From assembly GCA_965207885.1 (NCBI GenBank), contig OZ242311.1, positions 2,784,001-2,848,000 of the forward strand: 64,000 bases of DNA, in the 5' to 3' direction. The position numbers and the translations under genes are program-made. Each line of letters starts with the position of its first letter. Position 1 is the stretch's first letter. A model generated the notes under the pieces. It was not told where the DNA came from, did not search any database, and saw nothing but the letters and a program-made list of their open reading frames with translations. Source of the stretch: Candidatus Latescibacterota bacterium (lineage in GTDB: Bacteria; Latescibacterota; UBA2968). Of the stretch, positions 39,936-49,793 are shown piece after piece.

Positions 39936-40982
39936 ATGGCAGATATTCGCATTGGTATTATTGGCGCGGGCGGTATTTTTCGCACCCGCCACTTTCCGGG
40001 ATTGGCTCAAATAGACGATGCCGAGGTCGTGGCAATTTGCAACCGCAGTGAAGAGAGTGGCGGCAAAATTGCAACTGAATTTGGATTGAGCACCGACCTC
40101 ATGACTGATCCCCACGCGCTCATTGCGCGAGATGACATCGATGCCGTGATGATTGGCACCTGGCCGTACAAACACTGCGAGTTTGTACTCGAATCGCTCA
40201 AGGCGAACAAGCATGCATTTGTGCAGGCGCGCATGGCAATGAATTTGCGCGAGGCAAAAATCATGTATGCCGCAGCAATGGAATCAGACCTCGCGCACCA
40301 GATATGTCAGCCACCGCACGCATTAAAAGGCGACTGGTTCATGCAGCGGTTGATCGCCGAAGGATATGTTGGCGATATTCGCAACATCGTCATCCGTTCA
40401 ATGACGCCTGGAGGTATTGATCCCAATACGCCGCTACATTGGCGACAGATCGGTCGCTTTTCCGGCTTAAACACCATGAGCGTGGGCATGTTGGTGGAAT
40501 TTGTACACCGCTGGTGCGGCTATACCAAATCCGTATCCGCACACGCAGAAACATATGTGACCGAACGCTCTACAGAGGACGGCACAGGATCCGTTGACCG
40601 CCCAGACACCGTGAATATCCTGGCACAAATGGAAAGCGGCGCAACTGCGGTCTATCTCTTCTCCGGTACCGCGCATCACGCGCCGGGTGAAAGCATTGAA
40701 ATTTACGGCACGGATGGCACACTCATTTACGAAACCTCCCCCGTTTTGGACGAGCAACGGATATTGGGCGCCAAATCCGGCGATGGCGCATTGCAGGAAT
40801 TGGATGTCCCCGCATCCGACATGCGCGAGTGGACGGTTGAGGCAGATTTTATCGACATGATCAAAACCGGCAAACCCGCTGAATCGACCTTCTATCAGGG
40901 CGTGAAATACATGGAATTCACCGAAGCCGTATTCCGATCTGTCGAACGCGGGGCAACAGTTCACTTGCCCATTGTTGATTGA
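39936..40982 (+). CDS. Gfo/Idh/MocA oxidoreductase (paralog A)
   Basis: GIIGAGG, IGTWPYKH, QARMAMN. Confidence 0.9.
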   Translation: MADIRIGIIGAGGIFRTRHFPGLAQIDDAEVVAICNRSEESGGKIATEFGLSTDLMTDPHALIARDDIDAVMIGTWPYKHCEFVLESLKANKHAFVQARMAMNLREAKIMYAAAMESDLAHQICQPPHALKGDWFMQRLIAEGYVGDIRNIVIRSMTPGGIDPNTPLHWRQIGRFSGLNTMSVGMLVEFVHRWCGYTKSVSAHAETYVTERSTEDGTGSVDRPDTVNILAQMESGATAVYLFSGTAHHAPGESIEIYGTDGTLIYETSPVLDEQRILGAKSGDGALQELDVPASDMREWTVEADFIDMIKTGKPAESTFYQGVKYMEFTEAVFRSVERGATVHLPIVD

Positions 40983-40990
40983 GAGGCCGT

Positions 40991-41782
40991 ATGACCACAG
41001 ACTGGAGCAAGCTGGAACAAACGGTTAAAGATTACGAATCGCCCGGCACGATCGGCGTCAGTGTGATTTCGCCTCACGGAGAGAGTTGGGCATCACGGGG
41101 TGATCATCAGTTTCCAGCGGCCAGCACAGTTAAAATTCCGATCATGATCGAGATCTACAGAGCTATTGATCGCGGCACACTGGCGCTTGACGACACATAT
41201 ATCATCCGCTCTGTGGATAAATCTCCCGGCAGTGGTGTGCTGCGACATATGCATACCGGGTTGCAACTGTCGTTTGGAGATCTTCTCTACTTGATGATGT
41301 CCATCAGCGATAACACCGCCACCAACATATTGATTGAAGCAGCCGGAATGGATCGCATCAACGCGACAATGCGAGAACTCGGTATGACCGACTCTTCTCT
41401 CGGACGTCCCATGCGCGGGCGCCTCGCGATTGAAGGGGAACAGGAAAATTGGGCTACACCCAACGACTATACTGCCGTCGTCAAGACAATTCTCGACGGA
41501 CAGGCCGCATCTCCCGCATCCTGTCAGGCCATGCTCACCACCTTGACCCAGCAACAGAATGGTCGCCGCATCGGCCGATATGTGCCGACCTCCAAAACCT
41601 ATCGCTGGGGTTCCAAAACCGGCTCGAATCGGGGAGTAATCAATGATGTCGGCTTCGTCGAATCTCCGGCAGGAACAATGGTGATTGCGCTCTACAGCCA
41701 AAAACTCGGCGATAGCGTCACCGGCGAATGCGCGCTCTCCGAGATTGCCAAAGCCGCGATGCAAGCGACGGGCATGACCTAA
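40991..41782 (+). CDS. Class A beta-lactamase-like serine hydrolase (PBP-A type)
   Basis: STVK, SDN, KTG; no signal peptide, no obvious E166 equivalent. Confidence 0.8.
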   Translation: MTTDWSKLEQTVKDYESPGTIGVSVISPHGESWASRGDHQFPAASTVKIPIMIEIYRAIDRGTLALDDTYIIRSVDKSPGSGVLRHMHTGLQLSFGDLLYLMMSISDNTATNILIEAAGMDRINATMRELGMTDSSLGRPMRGRLAIEGEQENWATPNDYTAVVKTILDGQAASPASCQAMLTTLTQQQNGRRIGRYVPTSKTYRWGSKTGSNRGVINDVGFVESPAGTMVIALYSQKLGDSVTGECALSEIAKAAMQATGMT

Positions 41783-41789
41783 GGAGAAG

Positions 41790-43142
41790 GTGACTATGGC
41801 AAATCACGAGTCACTTGAGGCAAAAGTCGATCGTGTATTCGCGGAATGGGACAAGCCAGATTCCCCTGGCGCGGCTCTGGCAATTATCAGAGATGGTGAG
41901 ATTATCTACAAACGCGGATACGGGATGGCGAATCTGGAATACGACATACCGATTGCGCCGACAACCATCTTCGACATTGCTTCGGTCTCCAAGCAATTTG
42001 CGGGCTTTGCCATCGCCACGTTGTTACACGAAGGGAAACTCGCGCTGGATGACGATATTCGGATGCACTTGCCCGATGTCCCGGATTTTGGAACAAAAAT
42101 AACGATTCGACATCTGGTGCATCACACGAGTGGATTGCGGGATTGGGTACAGGCACTCGTCATCGCGGGCGGAGAGATGGATGACGTGATTTCGTTTAAG
42201 CACATTCTGAAAATGGTAAGGCGTCAGAAAGAACTCAATTTCGAGCCTGGAGCAACGTTTTTATACTCAAATACGGGGTATAATCTGCTGGTAGAAATCG
42301 TTGAAAAAATAACGGGAGATTCATTTCGCGAATGGACGGACGCCAACATCTTTAAGCCCCTCGCCATGACCAGCACCCATTTTCACGATGACCACGAGAT
42401 GATCGTGAAGAACCGGGCGTATTCCTACTTGTCCGTGAAAGATGATGGGTTCAAGAATGCCGTGAACAATTTAACCGCTCTCGGTTCGAGTTCGCTCTAT
42501 TCAACAGTAGAAGATCTATCAAAGTGGATACTGAACTTTGACGATGCACAGATAGGCGGACAGGCAGTGGTTGGGCAGATGCATCAGCGAGGGGTTCTCA
42601 ATAATGGGAAACAGATCAGTTACGCCTTCGGATTGGACATCGGCGAGTACAGAGCACTGAAAACGGCCGGACACGGCGGATCATGGCGGGGATTTCGCAG
42701 CCATCTCATACGTTTTCCGGCTCAGAAATTTGGCATTGTCATATTGTGCAATCTGGAGACCTTCACCCCACTTAATCTGGCGAAAAAGATCGCTGATATC
42801 TATCTCGCTGATGTCCTCGCCCCCGAAGCACCCGAGCCGGATAAGCAACCCTCTGAACGCATCGAGCCTGACCCCCTGACACCAGAACAGTTGTCAGAAT
42901 TCGAAGGCGATTATTACACTGAAGAACTCGATACGACCTATACCATTGGTGTGCAAGGAGACCGGCTTGTGGCGCAACACAGGCGACATGACGACATATC
43001 CCTAACCTGTGCCGACGGTCATTTCGTCGGGGATGCGTGGTTTTTTCCAGAAGTTTATTTTACGCGAAACGATGCGGGACGAGTTACAGGGTTCAGGCTG
43101 ACAGGAAACCGGGTCAAAAACTTGCGTTTTAAAAAAAGATAA
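41790..43142 (+). CDS. Serine hydrolase, AmpC/D-aminopeptidase family
   Basis: SVSK, HHTSG, YSN, HGG. Confidence 0.85.
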   Translation: MTMANHESLEAKVDRVFAEWDKPDSPGAALAIIRDGEIIYKRGYGMANLEYDIPIAPTTIFDIASVSKQFAGFAIATLLHEGKLALDDDIRMHLPDVPDFGTKITIRHLVHHTSGLRDWVQALVIAGGEMDDVISFKHILKMVRRQKELNFEPGATFLYSNTGYNLLVEIVEKITGDSFREWTDANIFKPLAMTSTHFHDDHEMIVKNRAYSYLSVKDDGFKNAVNNLTALGSSSLYSTVEDLSKWILNFDDAQIGGQAVVGQMHQRGVLNNGKQISYAFGLDIGEYRALKTAGHGGSWRGFRSHLIRFPAQKFGIVILCNLETFTPLNLAKKIADIYLADVLAPEAPEPDKQPSERIEPDPLTPEQLSEFEGDYYTEELDTTYTIGVQGDRLVAQHRRHDDISLTCADGHFVGDAWFFPEVYFTRNDAGRVTGFRLTGNRVKNLRFKKR

Positions 43143-43150
43143 GAGTAACC

Positions 43151-44461
43151 ATGAACCGAATCCTATTGAAACTAATGCTGCTCGCTGTGCTTTTTCCCAT
43201 ATTTTCAGTTTTGGCCGATGAATGGCCGCAGTGGCGGGGACCACACCGGGACGGTGTTTGGAGCGAAACCGGGATATTGGAGGCATTTGACGGACCGGAG
43301 ATCCCGATTCGTTGGCGAGTGCCAATAGGCAGCGGCTATAGCGGCCCGAGCGTCGCTGACGGGCGCGTTTACGTTACTGACCGTCTCGCGAAACCGAAAC
43401 AGGTCGAACGCGTTCACTGTTTCGACTGGGAAACAGGTGAATCAATTTGGTCCTTCACCTACGATTGTGAATACCGAATTGACTATACCGCCGGGCCTCG
43501 AGCCAATGTTATCATTCATGACGGACTCGCTTACACCTTAGGGGCGATGGGGCATCTCCACTGCTTTGATGCTGCAACCGGCACGTTGAAGTGGAAAAAA
43601 GACCTCAACGCCGAATACAATATTGAGATGCCAACCTGGGGGATTGCGAGCGCGCCGATTGTCGAGGGTTCACACCTCATCGTACAAATCGGCGGCACGC
43701 CCGGAGCATGCATCGTCGCTTTCGATCGCGAAACCGGAGTCGAAAAATGGAAAGCCCTTGAAGACAACGCATCTTACTCAGCTCCAATTGTGATTACACA
43801 GGGTGGCGAGCGGGTGCTCGTCTGTTGGACAGGTAGAAATATCGCTGGGCTCAACCCGCAGACAGGCAGCATGCATTGGCGCCATCCATTTCCACCGACT
43901 CGCATGGAGATCGGGATCGCAAGTCCCGTTTTTTATCAAAATGAATTGTTTATCACCGATTTCTTTGAAGGCTCGCTGCTGCTGAAACTGAATCCAGATA
44001 AACCGATAATGCAATTCGGTTGGCACCGTAAGGGAAGAAATGAACGGAACACAGATGCGCTCCATTCCACGATGTCAACCCCGATCCGGCTCGGCGATTA
44101 CATTTACGGTGTGGATAGCTATGGGGAACTCCGCTGTCTCGACGCCCGCAACGGCGATCGGATTTGGGAAGACCTCACCGCGGTTCCGAAAGCGCGCTGG
44201 AGCAACATCCATTTTATCAAAAATGGCGATAAGGTCTGGATGTTCAATGAGCGCGGCGAACTCCTGATTACAACGCTTTCGCCGGACGGGCTGAATATCA
44301 TCAGCCGCGCGAAACTGATCGAACCGACGCGCGACCAGTTGAACCGAAGAGGTGGTGTCACGTGGGCACATCCTGCGTTTGCCTATAAACATGTGTTCGC
44401 CCGAAATGACAAAGAACTGGTTTGTGCCAGTTTGGCGAAAAGCGAAAACAGGAATGATTAA
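43151..44461 (+). CDS. Secreted PQQ-like beta-propeller protein
   Basis: Signal peptide, WPQWRGP, repeated TG..W blades, WAHP. Confidence 0.85.
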   Translation: MNRILLKLMLLAVLFPIFSVLADEWPQWRGPHRDGVWSETGILEAFDGPEIPIRWRVPIGSGYSGPSVADGRVYVTDRLAKPKQVERVHCFDWETGESIWSFTYDCEYRIDYTAGPRANVIIHDGLAYTLGAMGHLHCFDAATGTLKWKKDLNAEYNIEMPTWGIASAPIVEGSHLIVQIGGTPGACIVAFDRETGVEKWKALEDNASYSAPIVITQGGERVLVCWTGRNIAGLNPQTGSMHWRHPFPPTRMEIGIASPVFYQNELFITDFFEGSLLLKLNPDKPIMQFGWHRKGRNERNTDALHSTMSTPIRLGDYIYGVDSYGELRCLDARNGDRIWEDLTAVPKARWSNIHFIKNGDKVWMFNERGELLITTLSPDGLNIISRAKLIEPTRDQLNRRGGVTWAHPAFAYKHVFARNDKELVCASLAKSENRND

Positions 44462-45301
44462 ATGAGATACTACTTCCGTGAAAATATTCGGCGATACGAA
44501 ATCATGACGCGGATGAGTCTGGAGAATTGGGCAAAAAGGACGTATGGAGGCACGGACTTCCACGACTTTTCATCTCGCAACTTTCTCGAAGCGGCCTTGC
44601 CGAGGCTCCGGTTTGAGACACCGAATCCAACGGCTCTCGAACTTGGAACCGGTGTGGGCCCAGGCGCATTATTTCTGGCCGAGCGGGGTTACCAGGTCAC
44701 CGGTTACGACTTGATACCTGAAGCGATTCACACTGCCCGGGAAATAGCTACTCTTCGAGGTTTGTCCATTCAGTATGAGGTGATGGACGTAACCCAAATC
44801 CCGCACAATGGAAACCGGTTCGATTTGATCGTCGACAGCTACTGCATCAATCACATCGTATTTGTAGAAGAGCGCAGATCTGTCTTCGAAAGCGTCAAGG
44901 CGCGACTGAAGCCTGAGGGCTACTATCTCGTGAGTTCCTCGGTTTACGAGTCCTCCCGACATACTCCGGACATGAAAGTCATCGACAGATCAACTGGCCA
45001 AACCTATGACATCTATGACAACGACTGTCTTTACGATCCGTCAACAGATTACTACTACGAACCGCTCGAAAAATACCCGTCCGAACGGGAGCGGATCGAA
45101 GCGTGCGAGGACACAATTGTTGTGAATGGCAGGACCTACATTCCAAAGCGGTGTTATCGGGATTGGAGACGGCTCCAGGCCGAAGTCGGATCCTATGGAT
45201 TCGAGCCCATCTTTCGTCATGGCGAATATGGCGAGAGTTCGATCTTTATCCACAGAGGGAGTGGCGTCAACCTTGTTCCCTATGAAAGATATACCGTATA
45301 G
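44462..45301 (+). CDS. Class I SAM-dependent methyltransferase
   Basis: LELGTGVG, FDLIVD, LKPEG. Confidence 0.8.
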   Translation: MRYYFRENIRRYEIMTRMSLENWAKRTYGGTDFHDFSSRNFLEAALPRLRFETPNPTALELGTGVGPGALFLAERGYQVTGYDLIPEAIHTAREIATLRGLSIQYEVMDVTQIPHNGNRFDLIVDSYCINHIVFVEERRSVFESVKARLKPEGYYLVSSSVYESSRHTPDMKVIDRSTGQTYDIYDNDCLYDPSTDYYYEPLEKYPSERERIEACEDTIVVNGRTYIPKRCYRDWRRLQAEVGSYGFEPIFRHGEYGESSIFIHRGSGVNLVPYERYTV

Positions 45302-45415
45302 CCTGAGGCCGTGACCGATTCATTTGCTAATTGACAAAAACTGTGATACATTCGCACTATAGTTTCTGCACCCCTGAACATTGGGGAAAACAACGACAAC
45401 ACAGCGAGGTAAAAA

Positions 45416-46453
45416 ATGGCAGATAAAATTCGCATTGGCATCATTGGTGCGGGTGGTATTTTTCGGAGCCGACATTTTCCGGGACTGGCAAAAATTGACG
45501 ACGCCGAAGTCGTGGCAATATGCAACCGCAGCATAGAAAGCGGTGAAAAGGTAATAGCCGAACAGGGCTTATCAGCCGAAACCCTGACCGACCCACAGGC
45601 CCTGTTACACCGGGACGATATCGACGCGGTAATGATCGGCACCTGGCCGTACAAACACTGTGAATTCGTCCTCGCATCCTTAGACGCGGGCAAACACACC
45701 TTTGTACAGGCGCGCATGGCAATGAACTTGCGCGAAGCCCGATTGATGTATGCCAGAAGTCGAGAATCCAATCTCGTAACCCAAATTTGTCCAGCCCCCC
45801 CGTGGAAAGGCGGGCGTTTCTTGAGACGACTCATAGATGAAGGATATTTGGGCGATATTTTCCACGTATATGTCCGCGATCTGGGCGGGCGTTATTGGGA
45901 TATCGAAGAGCCATTGCACTGGCGGCAAATGCGCCGGTATTCCGGTCTGAATATCCTGGGAATGGGCATTACCGTCGAGCGCGTCGCACGCGTATTTGGC
46001 TATATGTCAACCATAACGGCAGAAACTGAAATTTTTACCAGAGAGCGACCTCTACCCGATGGGTCTGGCAATGGACCGGTTGAAACACCTGATATGGCAC
46101 ATATCATAGGCAAAATGGAAAATGGTGCGCGTGCGGCATTTCTGTTTTCGGGCGTCGCGCAATTTGGCGGAAGCTCCGTCATTGAAGCTTATGGCACTGA
46201 CGGCACATTGACCTACGACATGGGAACGCAAATCCGCGGTGCAAAAACGGGTGATCGACGACCGCAACAAATTCCCATCCCCGAAGATGAAGCCGCCGAA
46301 TGGACTGTCGAAGCCGATTTCATCAATGCCATCAAGGGTGGACCTCAGGGCGATACCAGCTTTTACGAAGGGATGAGATATATGGAATTTACCGAAGCGG
46401 TTCATCGCTCGGCAGAGCGCGGCGGAACCGTTCGATTGCCCCTGGTTGATTAG
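45416..46453 (+). CDS. Gfo/Idh/MocA oxidoreductase (paralog B)
   Basis: N-terminus nearly the same as 39936 paralog. Confidence 0.9.
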   Translation: MADKIRIGIIGAGGIFRSRHFPGLAKIDDAEVVAICNRSIESGEKVIAEQGLSAETLTDPQALLHRDDIDAVMIGTWPYKHCEFVLASLDAGKHTFVQARMAMNLREARLMYARSRESNLVTQICPAPPWKGGRFLRRLIDEGYLGDIFHVYVRDLGGRYWDIEEPLHWRQMRRYSGLNILGMGITVERVARVFGYMSTITAETEIFTRERPLPDGSGNGPVETPDMAHIIGKMENGARAAFLFSGVAQFGGSSVIEAYGTDGTLTYDMGTQIRGAKTGDRRPQQIPIPEDEAAEWTVEADFINAIKGGPQGDTSFYEGMRYMEFTEAVHRSAERGGTVRLPLVD

Positions 46454-47327
46454 AGGAGATGCCGTGATCAGACTTGTGGCATTTGATCTGGATGGAACGA
46501 TCTTAAATCACAACAACACCCCATCGGATGCTTCGATGGCGGCGATTTGCGATTTATTGGATCGCGGCGTAGCTGTAGCGTCTATGAGTGGGCGCAATTT
46601 CGAACGCAACCAAATTCCGTTTGTAAGCAACCCCAGCGTGGCCGACGCCCTCTATGCCGGATGTTATAATGGCGCAATGGTTTTTGCTCCCAAAATAAAT
46701 GGCACACGCCAACTCATGCACGAACAGCGTTTGCCCGATGACATATTCTTATCGCTGATCCAATATGCCGATGACCGGCTCATGAATTTTGTATATTGTC
46801 GCTGCGACATGAATAGCGAAGGCCCCTGCGAAGTCTATATCACCGACCGCATGACAAAAATGAGCCGCGCGGTAGCCACAATGACCAATATGGTCTATGA
46901 AGTCGATGCCGATCTCGCGCAGCGAGTACGCACAAAAGAATTGGCCTCGCCCCCCAAAATAATGCTCTTGCCCGAACCCGGGCATGCCGATGAAACAGTT
47001 GATGAATTAAAAAATATATTCGGCGATCAAATTTACATGGCCTGGGCCGTGGCGGGTCGCATCGAAATCATGCACCCGGATGTGAACAAAGGCGCGGCAC
47101 TCACAGCGATAGCCAACCACATTGGCGGCAACCTCGATGAGGTGATGGCCGTGGGCGATGGCAATAATGATCTGCCCATGTTGCGCGCAGCCGGAACCGG
47201 TGTATTGATGCACAACGCAGATGCAGCAACCCATCGCGCAGTGGCCGGGGAAAATATTCTACAAACCGACCACATTGAAAACGATGGATTTGCCAAAGCC
47301 GTGCGTCGATATGTGCTTGATAGGTAA
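46446..47327 (+). CDS. Cof-type HAD-IIB hydrolase
   Basis: FDLDGT, SGR, NKG, GDGNNDLPM. Confidence 0.9.
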   Translation: MIRGDAVIRLVAFDLDGTILNHNNTPSDASMAAICDLLDRGVAVASMSGRNFERNQIPFVSNPSVADALYAGCYNGAMVFAPKINGTRQLMHEQRLPDDIFLSLIQYADDRLMNFVYCRCDMNSEGPCEVYITDRMTKMSRAVATMTNMVYEVDADLAQRVRTKELASPPKIMLLPEPGHADETVDELKNIFGDQIYMAWAVAGRIEIMHPDVNKGAALTAIANHIGGNLDEVMAVGDGNNDLPMLRAAGTGVLMHNADAATHRAVAGENILQTDHIENDGFAKAVRRYVLDR

Positions 47328-47341
47328 GGGGAAGGATTCTC

Positions 47342-47971
47342 ATGGGACAGACATTAGACATAGGTCGGCGAATAGAATTGGTGCCAATGGATGTCCATTT
47401 TCACGACATCACAATTGGGCTATACCGGCAAGAAAACGCACAGGGCACGACTTTTCGCGTTCACACATACAGCCAGATAGACGGGGCACAAGCGCGTATT
47501 GACTCCGTGAACCATGCAATGCGCGTCCTGGGAGGCATGGAAGACACAGGCGAGGGATTATTGCGCTTTCCGTGTGGCGCCACACATCTGCTCTCTGTAA
47601 AACGACTATTCCTGGAAGCGTGTAAACTCGGCATGGATGACGACGTATCTATGCGTCCGTTGACCATCCTGGACAAAAAATCGGGATTGCACATTTCCGC
47701 AACGCCCCAATCTAATGGCGCATACAAAATCACGGCTGATAGCGATGAAAAAGGCGCAGACCGGCGCATTCGATTGGTGGCCGGAGGGCTTGCAAAACTG
47801 GGCGAACTGGAACAAGTGGAAGAAGACCAGGTGCGCTTTGATTGCGGCATGACACACGATCCCCTTATAGGTGTCCTACTCGTACGCGCCCCCAATGTGC
47901 GATCCGTCATGCGAGAATTGGAACAGGCTGCCAGCCGGGGCGTGCTCGCAGCCCCGAGCGCGCAAAATTAG
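47342..47971 (+). CDS. Hypothetical protein with internal duplication and two C-x3-H motifs
   Basis: RFPCGATH and RFDCGMTH; AAGGA RBS; operon position. Confidence 0.75.
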   Translation: MGQTLDIGRRIELVPMDVHFHDITIGLYRQENAQGTTFRVHTYSQIDGAQARIDSVNHAMRVLGGMEDTGEGLLRFPCGATHLLSVKRLFLEACKLGMDDDVSMRPLTILDKKSGLHISATPQSNGAYKITADSDEKGADRRIRLVAGGLAKLGELEQVEEDQVRFDCGMTHDPLIGVLLVRAPNVRSVMRELEQAASRGVLAAPSAQN

Positions 47972-47986
47972 GAACTGGAGTCACAT

Positions 47987-49039
47987 ATGAACGACCAGAC
48001 AACAAAACCAATGAAACCACGCGACCGCGTATTGGCCGCACTCAATCGGGCGCCTGTGGATCGCACACCGACCTGTAACCCGACTTCGGTTGCAACCGTA
48101 GAATTGATGGATCTCGTCGAGGCGCCATTTCCGCAGGCAAATCGCGAACCAGAACTCATGGCACGGCTGGCGGCAACGAGCTATACCGAACTCGGTTTTG
48201 ACACGATCATGCCCGTATTTACAATCATCCAGGAATCATCCGCACTCGGGTGCAAAATCCAGTGGGAACAAAAAGACAACTGGCCCACAGTGCAAATGAG
48301 AGAACCGATCTGGCACAAGGCAGATGATATTGAAATCCCATCGAACTTATTGACCCATCCCGATACAAAATGCGTGCTGGACGCGATTGGCATATTGCGA
48401 AAAGAATACGGCGATGAAGTGGCGATTATCGGCAAAACAATGGGACCCTGGTCTCTGGCGTATCACTGCTTTGGCGTAGAGGATTTTTTGCTCCTATCAT
48501 TGGACGACCCGGATCACACGCGGCAAATTCTGGACAAATTAAAAGAAGTAACCGTCGCATTTGGCGTAGCGCAAATTGAAGCGGGCGCCGACGCCCTGAC
48601 CCTGCCCGATCACGCAACGGGGGATCTGGTCAGCGGCGATTATTACGACCGGTATTTGCGCGAATTGCACATCGAATTTGCCGATCGCATACCCATTCCG
48701 CTAATTTTGCATATATGCGGACGCACCGTTGATCGGATGGAATACATCGCGCAAACGGGCATGGCGGCATTTCACTACGACTCCAAAAACGATCCAGATG
48801 AGTCAATCGATATTGTAAAGGAACGAATCGCGCTGGTCGGCAATATCAACAATCCGGAAACACTATTTTCAAAAGAGCCGGAAACCGTAAAAGAAGAAGT
48901 GTATAAAAACCTGAGTGCAGGAGTACATCTGGTGGGGCCTGAATGTGCGATTCCCTTGCAAACATCAATCGAAAATCTGAAAGAAATCCCAAAAGCAGTC
49001 GTGGATTGGCATGCGGAGGCAGAGAGCGTTAATGGCTGA
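47987..49039 (+). CDS. MtaA/CmuA-family (URO-D fold) corrinoid methyltransferase
   Basis: MGPWSLA, Zn motif LHICG...PEC, LVGNI. Confidence 0.85.
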   Translation: MNDQTTKPMKPRDRVLAALNRAPVDRTPTCNPTSVATVELMDLVEAPFPQANREPELMARLAATSYTELGFDTIMPVFTIIQESSALGCKIQWEQKDNWPTVQMREPIWHKADDIEIPSNLLTHPDTKCVLDAIGILRKEYGDEVAIIGKTMGPWSLAYHCFGVEDFLLLSLDDPDHTRQILDKLKEVTVAFGVAQIEAGADALTLPDHATGDLVSGDYYDRYLRELHIEFADRIPIPLILHICGRTVDRMEYIAQTGMAAFHYDSKNDPDESIDIVKERIALVGNINNPETLFSKEPETVKEEVYKNLSAGVHLVGPECAIPLQTSIENLKEIPKAVVDWHAEAESVNG

Positions 49040-49793
49040 ATTATCCGATGTTCAAAATGAGTTTATCAAAGAGGAAATAGAAGAATTTTTAGAACGCCCC
49101 GATGAGATACAACGCAATATCGATCTGTTCGCAAACGCGAGTCCCGAGATGCAGGCAATTGCCGCCGCATTGATCGATGGCGCGCATCACGATGTCGATC
49201 AATTGACGCGCGAAGCCCTGGATGCAGGCGTGGGTGCGCTGGAAATTATGGACGATGGGTTGATCGCTGGCATGGGCATTGTGGGAATTAAATTTCGAGA
49301 AAATTTTATTTTTGTACCCGAAGTCCTCGCGTGCGCCCGGGCAATGAAAGCGGGGATGGCGCATATTGAACCCATCTTGTCAGCCTCGGGCGTCGAGCCG
49401 GTAGGCACGGTCATTATGGGCACGGTGAAAGGCGATTTGCACGATATTGGCAAAAATTTGTGTATCATGATGTTGCGCGGCGCCGGGTTTGTCGTCCACG
49501 ACCTCGGCGTGGATACATCCGAAGACGAATTTATGGATGCCGTCGAAGAACACGAAGCCAAATTGCTCGGCATGTCCGCACTGTTGACCACGACAATGCC
49601 GAATATGGGCAAGACAATTGAAGCATTTATCGACGAAGACTTGCGCGACGATGTGAAAATCATGGTGGGCGGTGCCCCTGTGACACAGGAATTTGCCGAC
49701 GACATGGGGGCGGATGGATACGGTGAAAACGCCCTGGACTGCGTGGAACTGGCTGTACAATTGTTGAAGGAGTGGGAGGAGGAGAATGAGTGA
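49032..49793 (+). CDS. Corrinoid (B12-binding) methyl-carrier protein
   Basis: Cap domain FVPEVL; GDLHDIGKN, SALLTTT, VGGAP. Confidence 0.92.
   Translation: MAELSDVQNEFIKEEIEEFLERPDEIQRNIDLFANASPEMQAIAAALIDGAHHDVDQLTREALDAGVGALEIMDDGLIAGMGIVGIKFRENFIFVPEVLACARAMKAGMAHIEPILSASGVEPVGTVIMGTVKGDLHDIGKNLCIMMLRGAGFVVHDLGVDTSEDEFMDAVEEHEAKLLGMSALLTTTMPNMGKTIEAFIDEDLRDDVKIMVGGAPVTQEFADDMGADGYGENALDCVELAVQLLKEWEEENE

Noticed and set aside
40991-43142. Antibiotic-resistance beta-lactamases
   Set aside because: No signal peptides; the class A-like protein lacks an evident E166 omega-loop motif; generic serine hydrolases are more likely.
45302-47986. Cobalamin or SAM riboswitch ahead of the corrinoid genes
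   Set aside because: Intergenic gaps are at most about 115 bp and no B12-box or SAM-I core was recognisable by eye.
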